Assembly: GCA_964016885.1 (NCBI GenBank)
Contig: OZ024750.1
Coordinates: 38,440,001-38,504,000 of the forward strand
Source of the DNA: Eledone cirrhosa
Lineage: Eukaryota
Length of the DNA stretch: 64,000 bases
Direction of reading: 5' to 3'
Shown: positions 44,915-57,250 of the stretch, piece by piece
Layout of the letters: each line of letters begins with the position of its first letter
Numbering within the stretch: the stretch's first letter is position 1
The notes under the pieces: generated by a model
The model's input: only the letters and a program-made list of their open reading frames with translations
What the model was told of the DNA's origin: nothing
The model's database searches: none
Translations under genes and position numbers: made by a program

Positions 44915-47815
44915 AAACATGATGGCCGCAAACTCGTGTCCGAGCATTACCATCGACCGATAAAATGCTCAAAAATGTGAGGTACGAATGTGGCTCTTTA
45001 AACCATTCAAAGACTTTCACCCTCTGGCACATATATGGTTACTATAGCTTCTCTGGGACTTTCCATTGCTTTCTTCTGGCTGTGTGTTCTCATATGTCTT
45101 TTAAGACACCCCCCACCCCCCCACCATGCTAGCACATTCCTTGCCACATTCCCTACACCTTTTCAGATCATAATCTACATGAGGTCTACTGATATGACTT
45201 TGTTTGTGTCTAGTCAAACCAGCTTTACTCACGCAGACTTGACCACAGTGTTGTTCAACAGCGGGCAGTTCAGAACAGTCTCTTTTCTTCTCCTTCCTTT
45301 TCAGTGTTAGGTGTTCTCTTCGACGAGTTTCAAAGTGTTCACTACCTGACTTGATCAAACGTCTCCACTTCACACACTCTTCAGCCGTTTTCTCCCATTC
45401 GTCAGATGAAATTCCAACACAAGCCAAGGTACCCCTGACACAATTCCGGTACCGACGTTTTGGTTTATGTGGTGGTCGCCTTCCTTCACACAGTTCTCCG
45501 TAGAGAAGTTGCTTTGGAATACGACCATCAGACATCCGGACCACGTGATCGCACCACCTCAACCGATGCCGAAAGATCATGCTCTCTATAGTCACGCACC
45601 TGCTCTGTTCGAGAATGTCCAAATCACTGACGAACATTTTCCATCGCACCCCGAGTAACTTATGAAGAGATTGTTGATGAAATCTCTCCAGTTGCTTGAG
45701 GTGCTTTCTGTATGTGACCCACGTTTCACAAGCATAAAGCAAAGAAGAGACGACACAAGTCAGATACACTTTCACCCTGGTTTCAATAGTGATACCTCAT
45801 CGTGACCATAAACGTTCATGCAGCCGTCCAAAAGCATCACTGGCTTTCTTAATTCTTAAGGATATCTCATCATCAAGTGTGCAACGTAAACAAATTGTTC
45901 AACGTAAACAAACTTGTCAGCAACTTTTAGCTTCTTTCCGTACAAGTGCACAGTTGGTGTAGTGTATTTTTTCCCAGGTGCTGGCTGATACATCACAACA
46001 GTCTTTTCCAAGCTTATTGTGAGGCCCAAAGCATTGCAAGCTTCAGAAAAAGAGTTCAAAATATGCTACATGTCACTTTGTGAGTGTGCAAAAAGATCGC
46101 AGTGATCTGCATACAAAAACTCGGATTATAGATGCTAATACCTTCGTGCTTGCACCAAAGTACCTGATGTTGAACAACCTTCCTGAAGTGCGATACCTGA
46201 TGTAAACTCCACGCGAACAATTTTTCCTAAATGCCATGCGAAACACTATCGTAAAATATAAGGAAAACAGAGTTGGAGCCGGAATGTCTCCCTGCTTCAC
46301 TCCATTTTCAACTGATATTGGTTCAGAAGTGCTACTACGAATACTGACCCAAGCCTTCATGTCATCGTGAAAAAGACACAGAATCTTCACAAACTTTGGA
46401 GGGCAGCCAAGCTTTTCCAAAATTTTCCACAATGCAGTTTGATTGACGGTGTCAAAGGTCTTTGTCAAGTAAACAAAGACCTGGTAAAAGTCCATACATT
46501 GTTCGATATACTTTTCTTGCAGCTGCCGAGCAGAAAAAATCATATCCACTGTTCGTCTTTCGTTTCTGAACCCACACTGTGACTCAGGCAACACATTCAC
46601 AGCAACCACTGAGATCAATCTATCCATCAAAATTCGACACATAACTTTACCAACTACTGAAAGAAGTGATATGCCACGATAATTGCCACATTCGACCTTT
46701 CCACCCTTTCCTTTATGGAGAATCATCATAAGCTCATCCTTTCAATCTTGTGGGACATTCTCATCAAACCAGTCTTTCTGTTTTCTTGTGACAAAGCCAA
46801 GGACCTCTGCTGAAGCCTCATTCCAGTTGTTCTCACAATCAATGTGTCAAGCCTGCGACACAGCTCTTCCTTGACATTCTTATCTTTCACACGATCAAGA
46901 GCTTTGGAATTTTGACACCATTTGCTCTTGTTTGAGGTTTGATCACAAAGTTTGACTTGGCGCACACCAGACGATGGTCTGTCCAGTACTCTGCGTCACG
47001 CAGAACACGTACATGTTTGATATCCTGCATGTCACATTTCTTCACAAGAACATAGTCGATCAGATGCCACACCTTCGACCCAGGGTTGCATCCATGTTGT
47101 CTTCAACTTATTCTTTTGCTGGAACACTGTGCTTGCAATGAACAAATCTAACTCCACACACATTTGTAGCAAGAGGAGACCATTGCTGTTACATTTCCCT
47201 ATGCCACGTCTGCCGATCACATTCCAAGTCTCATAATCCCTGCCAACGCGTGTGTTGAAATCACCAAGTAGGACAATTTTGTCTGCTGAAAGAATCTTTT
47301 TGACAAGTTCCTTCAGAGCCCTGTAAAAGGTGAGTTTCTCGTCTTCATTGGAGTTCATTGTCGGGGGCATATACACTGACAATGGTAAGGTAGCGATCAC
47401 TGATGCCGCTTGGAAACTGATCAAGTGTCAACACCAAAGACGTTTTCACTGCAACAGTCACACCTGCCTCTCTTTTGCATCCTGCTGCTCTGCCGCTCCA
47501 GTAAAACCTGTAGCCACTGGACATCTCAGTGATATGACCTTCTTCGAGTAGCCTTGTTTCAGATAAGGCAACAATGTCCATATTGTATCAATCCAGCTCT
47601 TTGGCAACAAGAGCTGATCTTTTTTCTGGTCGTGATTCTGAAGACACCAAATCTAATAAGGTCCGGATGTTCCAGCAACCGATATTCATAGGTTTCAACT
47701 TCTTCTTCGCAGTGGCAGGATGACGACCGGGCCCATGCTGCGGTGCCATGGGACACCTTCCGGGCGAGACCCTTTCACCATCAGTTTCAGATCTATGGAG
47801 GATCTCTGCCAGATT
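44915..47815 (-). mobile_element. Degenerate near-full RTE LINE (APE endonuclease, RT and zinc fingers) with an internal deletion
   Basis: IGCWNIRTL, DIVALSETR, LLGDFN, NYRGISLLSVVGK, GVKQGD, LLYACETW, RLRWCDHVVRM; DWFDEN is joined directly to VPQD. Confidence 0.93.
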
Positions 47816-48860
47816 TAAAACCACTTTGTAATTCAGAGATTACTGTAGGACAAATGTCCTCCATCAACCTGTTCAGCAATAATCTAGCAAGAACTTTGCC
47901 GACAGATTCCAACTAAGTGATGCCACAGTAGTGATCGCAGATTCCTTTATCTCCTTTACTTTTAAACAAGGCCACCAAGATACTATCTATCCAATCTTGT
48001 GGTAGAGGAGTGTCTGGCCGGCACTCTGTGATGAGATGGAATATTGTTTGTGTTACGTTCCCATTACCAACCTTTAACAGTTTCAGAGGGTGTCTGTCTG
48101 ATCCAGGTGCTTTACCAGTGTTAATCTGGTTAATAACAAGTTTCACTTCACCATAAACCGGCAAACGATCAGGTCACAACAAATTGAGGAATGTTATTAC
48201 ATCATGATCAACTGACGATGGATTATCAAATAAATCAGTGAAATCTTTTTGCCAACACCTCCGCTGATTCTTTAATGATGGCAGTGATGTCATTGGACCT
48301 CATAGGAACAATAGACGAAGTTGTTGAACCAGCCAGCCGCAAGTGTGAGCCTCACGAGATGGAATGGCTCTTCCAGCGCATCTCCCTTACCATCCTCCGG
48401 GAAAACGCCTTCTCCATCCTGTCCGCCGGGGCTGTGGGGAGGCCAGTACGTGGGACCCCATTTGCTCACCATACGGATTAATAGGCAAAGTTATAAACTA
48501 TTGTAAATAAATAATTATTTGAGATGGTTATGTCATTTAAATAAAACCGCAAAAGACTATAGAACAGTTTTGAATCCTTATAAGCGTTATAAGTGCTTTA
48601 GAATGTCTGAAGAGATCCTTGTTAACTCATCTCAGTCCACGGTGTTAGGTAGCTTTACATTCCTTATATGTCTTCTCAATAACAGGTTAGTTTGCAGGGC
48701 ATTTTCCCAGAACCTTTTCATGAAGAGGATGTTATCTTTTCAGTAGCTGACTGATAGTTTGGTCGTCAAACCAGTCTTTGAGGTTTTTTTTTCACTCTGT
48801 ATCTAAGATCCGTTCCTGCTCCGTACGCATGATACCTGAAATTTCCCCACATTCCACATA
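47816..48860 (-). mobile_element. Second, older RTE fragment (linker and RT start), interrupted
   Basis: KDWFDD at ~48770; GKAPGSD...PQDWIDSILVALFKSKGDK at 47913-48164. Confidence 0.7.
48290..48480 (+). mobile_element. CRE-like LINE C-terminal fragment
   Basis: EPHEMEWLFQRISLTILRENAFSIL. Confidence 0.6.
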
Positions 48861-48934
48861 CGTACATACATATATACATACATACATATACACATACATA
48901 CATATACACATACATACATACATACATACATACA

Positions 48935-48966
<32 letters not shown>

Positions 48967-48986
48967 CACATACATACATATATACA

Positions 48987-49523
48987 TGGTGGCTGCCAAC
49001 TCGTTTTCGAGTACGGCCACTACTTTATATCCATGTAGGAGAACCCCTACCGATGCGCTGAACGAGTGTGACTTTTTAGTCCAGCCAGCGACTTGAAAAC
49101 TCTGGTACAAACACTACACTTGTGACAATTATTGACACATAGTGCTGGGCCCATGGTACCATGTGACGACAAGTGCAGAGAGATCTCCAGATATAAAGCA
49201 ATGCCTGTACCGTGAAGCTTTTATAGTGAGCAAAGGCACTGCACAAACCCAGTCCCACTCTCTTAACCAAGATGATATTTACCAAAAAGAAGAACATGTC
49301 AACATCATTGGATACCATCGGAGTTGCAAGTGTTATATCAGAGTTTTCCTTCTCCTAGAATTCTGCCTTGACAAAGACTAAGGGATCATCTCTCCCGGTG
49401 ATTTTGGATGGCCATTGACTCTTAAGAGCTCCTTTGCCCTTTGACAGGTTTTGTTTTTAGTCCTGCAGGATGTCCAAAGTCACTGGGATACATGTTACCA
49501 GTAGCACCAACTGGTGACCTGAC
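48987..49523 (-). mobile_element. ~605-bp RTE-derived element, copy 3 (internal deletion near 49483)
   Basis: Reverse complement of copy 1; (CATA)n on both sides. Confidence 0.85.
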
Positions 49524-49552
49524 ATAATACATACATACATACATACATATAT

Positions 49553-52027
49553 GGTCCCCAAGAACAAAGACCCCACCTGGCAAAAAACTACCGACCCATT
49601 GCATGCCAGAACCTGATATATAAGATGTATACAGCCTGCCTGAACCTATTCCTGTGAAAATAATAACATCATCACAGATGAATAAGCAGCTGGAAAGAAG
49701 GGGGTTTGGATATGTGCTGAACAACTCCTAATCAACAAAACTGCGATGTCGGAGGTGTGACAACTTAGGAGGAATATAGCTACAGTCTGGCTGGACTACA
49801 GGAAAGGTTTCGATTCTGTTCCCCACTCTTGGATGATAGAGGCCCTCCGACTTGCTAAAGTCCCAGACATTGTGGATTAGCAGTATCGGTAGAGGGTCGG
49901 ACGCCATGCTTTCCAGCATAGTTACGTCCCCTTACGATCTGAGTTCAAATCCCGCCGAGGTTGACTTTGCCTTTCATCCTTACAGGGTCGATAAAATAAA
50001 GTACCAGTAATGCACTGGGTAATTGCTGGGCCTTGTGCCTAAAGTAGAAACAATTATTATCAGAGCCATAGAGAAGCTGTCTTCTTCTTGGGCTACTATC
50101 CTAAAGTTAAAGACAAAGAAGGAGGATTCTATTTTCACTGATAAAATAAAATATCGCAGGGGTATATTTCAGGGAGACAGTCTCTCTGTGATATTATTCA
50201 TCCTGTAATTAAACCCCCTGTCCTTTCTGCTCAAGAAATGTGAGGGATACATCATTGACTCACAGGAAGACAGAAATACGAGCCTAACCCATAATTTCTG
50301 TCGATCATCTGAAACTCTATGCCAAGAACATGGATGGGATGAAGAAAAATCTTGACCTGGTTACAACATTCTCAAAGGAATGGAGTTTGGCCAAGATAAA
50401 TGCTTATATATGACTGTAAAGCGGGGAAAAAGAACAACCCAATCTAGCAACATTTGTATCAATGGCCTAACTGTTTCACCAATATCTGATGAGGACTGCT
50501 ACAGATACTTGGGGATAGATGAGAACATATCCTATAATGGTATCTGTAATAAGGAACGTGTAACCAGGGAATACTACACCCGATTAAGAAAGATCTGGTC
50601 ATCGGAACTCTGCGCAAAACAAAACAGTGGCTCACAATGTGTTTGCTGTGCCTGTCCTAACACCAACGTTTGGAATACTCAATTGGACGATAGACGAAAT
50701 CCGAGCAGTTGATGTTGGAACTCGAAAAATACTGATCAACACCGGAAACTTCCACATCAACAGTGACATAGACCGCCTTTACTTGAAACGTAAGCAGCTA
50801 GGCAGAGGCCTAACATCAGTCCAGACAGCATTTGAATATCGCATCATATCCCTCTGACAATATCTACGAACCTCAAAGCGTAGGAGCCCATCTCTCGACC
50901 AAGTCTATCTGCATGAAACAGATAAGATCATGAGAGTTGGGAAGGAACTCCTCGAGAGGTATTCCGTGTTATAATCGAAAACTCACACCCAGGGAAGTCG
51001 CTCAGCAGTATCGCAGTGAATCCATGGATGAAAAACTGCATGCTTATCAGCAAAAAATCATGCATGGATATGTTGCCAGGAAGCTTCAGAGTGAGAGTAA
51101 TATAGATAAGGAAAGTAGTATATCTTGGACCAACAACCGCTATATTGGCTCCCACTTTTAAGGATACGCTTTTGCAATCCAAGAACAGGAAATCAACACG
51201 AAATACCTGATTCACAAAAGAGATAGGGATGCAGGCAACACACCAGACTCTGCAGAATTAACATCGAAGATGTCACCCATGTCATAAGCAGCTGTCCAAA
51301 GATGTCATCGCCGTACTATCTACCTATGAGGCATGATGTAGTGGCCAGAACACTGTACAATGCAATCCGTAGAAAAGATAGCCCTGATAATAAACACATT
51401 AACAGCTTCAGCAATGTGGAAGACATACATAAACATAATATGAAAGAGTACTGGTGGAATGTTCCAGTAAAAACCCCAATAAAATGCAGGCATAACAGAC
51501 CAGATAGTATGATATGAGACAGAGAAAAGAAGGCATGCACAGTAGTGGAAGTTAGCTGTCCAGCAGATGCCAATATAATATCAAAGATTAGTGAAAAGGA
51601 GAATATTTATACAGAACTGATGAGAAATCTGCAGATACTCCACCCTGATAACACCTTCAGATTTATACCTGTGATTATTGGGGCACTGGGATATGTTAGT
51701 AACTGCCTCAATACAAATCTTGAGAAGCTGGGCTTTACAGAAACAGAAAGAACACAACTAGTTAGGAAATTACAAGTACAATCCATTAATGGAACAGTAA
51801 AAATATGTAAAACATTCCAAAAATTTTGCATCGAATAACTGCATATACACATGTACAGATACTAAGCATATACACATGCACACATACAATAACATCCATA
51901 TCTACACATGCATGCATACATAATCTACCTAGTTGATGTTGTGTAAATTCCAATGAGAGAGTCTTGTGTCTATGTTAGAAACCGACTCTCTCTCTATTGG
52001 CAAAAATTTGTGAAATTATAAAACCAG

Positions 52028-52030
<3 letters not shown>
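49553..52030 (+). mobile_element. R4/Dong-clade LINE (RT and restriction-like endonuclease), 5'-truncated and degenerate
   Basis: KNYRPIAC, WLDYRKGFDSVPHSW, GIFQGDSLS, YRYLGI, RHDVVA, HNRPD, EVSCP; ends in (CA)n. Confidence 0.9.
49872..50058 (+). mobile_element. Full tRNA-derived SINE nested in the R4 element
   Basis: A-box-like TAGCAGTATCGG and B-box GAGTTCAAATCC; R4 reading resumes after it. Confidence 0.9.
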
Positions 52031-52080
<50 letters not shown>

Positions 52081-52181
52081 ACATGTTGCCTAATACAATA
52101 TATATATTTTACGCACTTTTAATTTTTGTTGTTACTTTTGTTGTTTTTGTTGTTTCTATTTTGACATTATGATTTCCACAG

Positions 52182-52679
52182 ATTTGCGAAGCCACCAAGT
52201 ACCTCCACGACCTCAATATCACACATCGAGATCTTAAGCTGGAAAATCTTCTCTTGGACCAATCTAACTCCATAAAGATTACAGATTTTAGTTTTGCCAA
52301 GGTTCACACAAAACACGATCTCAGTCGAACATACTGTGGGTCAAAGTCGTACGCATCCCCCGAAATATTGTCCGGAGAACCATATGACCCCCATAAAGCC
52401 GACATCTGGGCTATTGGAGCTATATTATATATCATATGTACTGGTAAGATGCCGTTTAATGAGAATAGAGGCGTGAAAAAGATTCTTGAAGAACAAAAAA
52501 ATCTTGTTTTTCCCTGGTTCAGATTCCAACTTTCTCAAGATTTTCAGAATTTGATATGTAAAATATTTACTTATAATTATATAAAGCGACCTACCATTGA
52601 TGTTTTGCTTGATAACGAATGGTTCAAAGAGAAAACATGTTCACGTCCATCTTTGTGCGACAACGGCAAGGCTATGTAA
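52182..52679 (+). CDS. TSSK: TSSK-family kinase, final coding exon (subdomains VI-XI)
   Basis: Polypyrimidine tract and CACAG acceptor in phase 0; YLHDLNITHRDLKLENLLL, KITDFSFAK, LSRTYCGSKSYASPE, DIWAIG, GKMPF; TAA stop. Confidence 0.95.
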   Translation: MCEATKYLHDLNITHRDLKLENLLLDQSNSIKITDFSFAKVHTKHDLSRTYCGSKSYASPEILSGEPYDPHKADIWAIGAILYIICTGKMPFNENRGVKKILEEQKNLVFPWFRFQLSQDFQNLICKIFTYNYIKRPTIDVLLDNEWFKEKTCSRPSLCDNGKAM

Positions 52680-52839
52680 TGAGTGAAAAAAGAGGTTTTT
52701 ATATATACAGGACATCTAAATCCGAGTGCATCTGATGTCCCTGTATAAACTTAACTGGAACCATTGTCAATTATTCAACTGGAATTGTGGATACATCTTG
52801 AAAACGTTCTCTCTGTTTTGTGACTTATTCATGACCATA

Positions 52840-53070
52840 TCCTCTTTCTCCACCACCTCCTCTTCATCCTCATTCTCACCCTCCTCCTCCTCCACCTCCT
52901 CTTCATCCTCATTCTCACCCTCCTCCTCCTTCTCCCTATCCTCCCCTTTCCACTTCTTCCTATTGCCGCCCATCCTTTCTCTTCGTCTTATTTTTCTAAC
53001 TCTTCCCCATCCACCCACCCCCTACCCAGCTTCCCCACCCTCACCTTTTCCCCATCCTCCCCATCCTACT
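52840..53070. repeat. Pyrimidine-rich (CCT)n-like tract downstream of the TSSK stop
   Basis: Low-complexity C/T sequence. Confidence 0.85.
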
Positions 53071-53160
53071 AAATCCTTTCATAGGATATGTTTATTTTTA
53101 AAAATAAAACGAACATTTAACAACTAAGAAAGGAAAAACAATGTTCATTATTATTATTAT

Positions 53161-53860
53161 TCGGGCTAAACTCTACAGGCATGGAAGTGTCGTCAGCCGG
53201 GCCTGTCCGAGAATCGCGCAGGGTGATGAAACCGTCCTGCACGCACTCATCCAGTGTCCGAGCATTGCTGACTTGTGGGTTTATGTCGAACACCTGTTGT
53301 CGTGTGTAGGACGGATCCGGCTATCAGCTGAGTCCATCGTCTTCCTTTAGCCGGGAAGGGCAGGCAGTTTTTATCTGTCTGGTGGCCATGGAAAGAGATA
53401 GTGTGGTTGACACGTTTGAAAGGGCTGAAGACGAGCACTTACCTCTTCAGTGATGCCCTGATTAACTTTTTCAAATTTCACTTGAAAAGGAAAATCAGGG
53501 TAGAGAGGGAAGTGCTCTCTTCCCAGCATTTTGTTGAAAGATGGGTGAGAGAGGCAAGCATGGTCCGAGTGAATACTCTGAGTATGTGCCTGTAAATTGA
53601 AGGTGAAAAACTGGGAGAGGGCACTTGCCCTGGTGGTCAAGGTCACCGAAGCTTTTTTAATGGGCTTTCTCCACGAATGTTCCTCGGAAGTCTCCCCCCC
53701 CCCTATTGGGGAATTTTTCATTGTTCCTTTTTTTGTTACATCCTCTGTTTCTTTTTTTTTTTTTTTTACACGCAGAAATGCCCATTAGTACCGTTTGTAT
53801 TGTCCTGTGTTGTCCTTAATGTTATACTTTGTGTCAACCCTTGTGGTTAATAAAGAAAGC
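53161..53860 (+). mobile_element. Tx1/L1-like LINE 3' end
   Basis: CPRIAQGDETVLHALIQCP (zf-RVT-like); ends AATAAAGAAAGC(ATT)n. Confidence 0.85.
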
Positions 53861-53872
53861 ATTATTATTATT

Positions 53873-55303
53873 GCTCGGGATCTGGTTCGGTCCGGACCTC
53901 CTCACCCAGAAATGGGCTGAGAGGAAGCTGTCCCCGAAAGGTCGGGCAGAGGTGGCGAATGCGTTCATCGCATCCGTTATCTGCTACCGCCTAACCGTTG
54001 TGGCTTGCCCCGGCCCAACTCTGACAAAAATGGAGCGCCTCCTCTTCCACTTTTTATGGAAGGGACGTGCTCCCATGGTCAGACGATCCATCTGCTGTCA
54101 ACACCCGTTGCGTGGAGGACTGGGCATACCGTGGCTGATGATGCGCAAACACACGCTGGAGCTGCGACATCTCTCGTGCTTCCTTGACGGTAAACAGGTG
54201 TGGTCACCGTTTGCCAGACGTGTTTTTCCCCAGCTCGTCTCCTTAACGGAGCTGCAGTCCTGGATCAGGAAAAGACCGAGGGATAGCGCTTGGAAGCTGG
54301 AATGTCTCCAAGCGCTTACAGTCTTCTATCAGCTTGGCACTAGTATCGGTGGAACATCCACCTCGGCATTCTATAGATGACTAGTGGAGGGGAAGAGTGA
54401 CGACGTTCTCGGGGCGACCCTGGGCGTCGAAGACGATCAGCTGTTCGCTCTCTTCAAGAGAACTTTCAGCCCGGGGCCTATGGACAACTTCCAGAAATCC
54501 CTGGCCTGGCAGTGTTGCCAGGGAGCGTTGCCGGTTCGAGATAAGCTCCACAGGCGCGGAAGTGCCGTCGATCGAACCTGTCCGAGATGCGCACAGAGCG
54601 ACGAAACCGTTGTGCATGCACTCGTTCAGTGTCCGAGCATTGCTGACTTGTGGAGCTATGTCGAACATTTTCTGTCACGTGTAGGACGGATCCGGTTAGC
54701 GACTGAGTGCATTGTGCAGAAAGCCTCGCCGTCCTCCTTTAAGGAGGAGGAAGGGCAGGCAGTTTTCATCTGGCTGGTGGCCAAGGCGAAAGAGATTGTA
54801 TGGTGGACAAGGTTGAAAGGATTGAAGACGGACACTTTCCTCTTCGGCGAATCCCTGATTAACCTTTTCAAATTTCACTTGAAGAGGAAAATCAGGGCGG
54901 AGAGGCAAGTGCTGTCTTCTAATAAGTTTGTTGAAAGGTGAGTGAAAGTGGCGAGTCTGGTCCGAGTGAACGGGCTCGCTCTAAGTATGCGCCTGTAGAC
55001 TGAGGAGTGGAAAACTGAGAGAGGGCGCTTGCCCTGGTGGTCAGGGTGGCCGTGGTCTTTTTTGTGGTTTTCGCCACGAGTAACCCTCGGAGTTTTCCCC
55101 CCTATTGGGGAATTTTTGATTGTTTCAATTTTCATTTTTATTGTTTATATATATATATGTTTCTATGTCTTTTTCTTTTTCTTTTCTTATATAAATAATA
55201 AAAATCTTTACACGCACAAAACCCACATCGTACCGTCCTGTACTGTCCTGTGCCGTCTGTAATGTTTTTCTTGATGTCAGCCCTTGTGGCCAATAAAGAA
55301 ATC
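53873..55303 (+). mobile_element. Tx1/L1-like LINE, longer 3' portion
   Basis: LGIWFG, RKLSPKGRAEV, LFHFLWKG, RGGLGIP, CPRCAQSDETVVHALVQCP; (ATT)n tail. Confidence 0.9.
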
Positions 55304-55356
55304 ATTATTATTATCATTGTTGTTGTTGTTGTTGTTGTTATTGTTTCTTCGTTCAG

Positions 55357-55575
55357 CGTCTAACACTGGAGATGTATTACAGTGTTAGCTGTTCACTACC
55401 AGCGAACTGAGGTAACACCCCTTATCTCAGCCTCTAACACTGGAGATGTATTACAGTGTTAGCTGTTCACTACCAGCGAACTGAGGTAACACCCCTTATC
55501 TCAGCCTCTAACACTAGAGATGTATTACAGTGTTAGCTGTTCACTACCAGCGAACTGAGGTAACACTCCTTATTT
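55357..55575. repeat. 73-bp tandem repeat, 3 copies
   Basis: TCTAACACTGGAGATGTATTACAGTGTTAG... recurs at 73-bp spacing. Confidence 0.93.
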
Positions 55576-56127
55576 TTCCTGTACCCCCCGGAGTATTCGA
55601 GCTGTTCCAAACAATGCTGTTTTTTCTAAGTGTTCCATCCATATTGCAATCCTATTTGTTTGATGAACTTCTCAAAATCTTTACTCACTGTTCCAAAGAC
55701 TGCAACTATTATTGGTACTAGCAGAAAAACCACTCTCCGGGTGGTTTTCTGTTAGCTGTATAGTACCATACTGATATTATATGCAAATATAAATGCATGT
55801 AGATATGATACGTCAAATGAATAGTAAATTGACAATATGCACAGGAATTAAACAGAGACTGTGTTACACTCTCTTCTGTAATCAGTAAAATAATCCATGA
55901 TACATTTAAAAAAGACGATACTATATGTAAACTGCATTACGGTGAAATGTTATGAAAACGGAAAAGGAGAAAATGAGAATAGTGACGGAAATATAAACGT
56001 TATTATATAACGATGCAAGTATGTAAATGTTATGATATAACGATGCAAATATATGAACGTTTATATAAGCGATGTGATATAGCGATGCAAATATAGCGTA
56101 CGACGAAGTGTTATGATATAACGGACG

Positions 56128-56307
56128 GTGGATTGGCAGTATCGGTAGAGGGTCGGACGCCATGCTTTCAAGCATAGTTACGTCCCTTTACGATCTGAGT
56201 TCAAATCCCGCCGAGGTTAACTTTGCCTTTCATCCTTACGGAGTCGATAAAATAAAGTACCAGTAATGCACTGGGTAATTGCTGGCCTTGTGCCTAAAGT
56301 AGAAACA
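56128..56307 (+). mobile_element. Full-length tRNA-derived SINE with an 18-bp TSD
   Basis: A-box TGGCAGTATCGG, B-box GAGTTCAAATCC; TSD GTTATGATATAACGGACG at 56110 and 56308. Confidence 0.93.
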
Positions 56308-56552
56308 GTTATGATATAACGGACGCTAGCGGAAGTGTTGACATTTGAACATTTTAAAAGAAGTGAATCTTGAAATAAGCAATACATTATATATAAGAAT
56401 ATTTATGTTTAATCAAGAGCTAAGAAATTTAGTAGATAAATTATGTAATATTCATTCATGATTTATTCAAAGTAATCCAACTTATTTTAATAACGTGATT
56501 TAAAAAAACTCTGACACAGTCTCGCAGTTTTCCACTCTTTATATATTAGATT

Positions 56553-56737
56553 GGCGGTGGATTGGCAGTATCGGTAGAGAGTCGGACGCCATGCTTTCCA
56601 CCATAGTTACGTCCCTTTACGATCTGAGTTCAAATCCCGCCGAGGTTGACTTTGCCTTTCATCCTTACGGGGTCGATAAAATAAAGTACCAGTAATGCAC
56701 TGGGTGATTGCTGGCCTTGTGCCTAAAGTAGAAACAA
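56553..56737 (+). mobile_element. Full-length tRNA-derived SINE with a 14-bp TSD
   Basis: Same family; TSD TTATATATTAGATT at 56539 and 56738. Confidence 0.93.
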
Positions 56738-56909
56738 TTATATATTAGATTCCAACCACCTTTTTCAGTAATCACAACTGCTTAACCTCCCAATTTAACC
56801 TGTTGTATCCATCCATTTTCTCTTCTTTATCACATACCTTGTTATCAGCTGGACAGGCTATATCTATGAACCAACACTATTTGCTTTCTTTCTCAATTAA
56901 TACAATATT

Positions 56910-57216
56910 ATTTTGTTGAAAGGTGGGTGAGAGAGGTAGGAATGGCCCGTGTGAATGGGCATGCCCAGAGAAAGTGCCTGTAGTATTGGAGTAGAAAGAC
57001 TTGGAGAAGGCCCTAGGGGTCGGAGTGGCCGGGGTTTTTGTGGGTTTTCTCCATGAGTAACCCTTAGAGTCTCCTTTGGGAAATTTATTGTTTGATATTT
57101 ATTAAATGTTTATTTTCTTAGACTCTGTTATAAATTTTATTCAACAACAAAATAAAAGCCACTGTACCGTCTTTAATGTCTCCTTAATGTGAGTCCTGTG
57201 TGGCTAATAAAGAAAG

Positions 57217-57217
<1 letters not shown>
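56910..57217 (+). mobile_element. Tx1/L1-like LINE extreme 3' end
   Basis: FVERWVRE... plus 3' UTR and AATAAAGAAAGC(ATT)n. Confidence 0.8.

Positions 57218-57250
<33 letters not shown>

Noticed and set aside
52767-53018. Glu-rich ORF on -
   Set aside because: Translation of a low-complexity (CCT)n tract.
56128-56215. tRNA gene
   Set aside because: The A/B boxes belong to a SINE head with a family body and TSDs; no cloverleaf.
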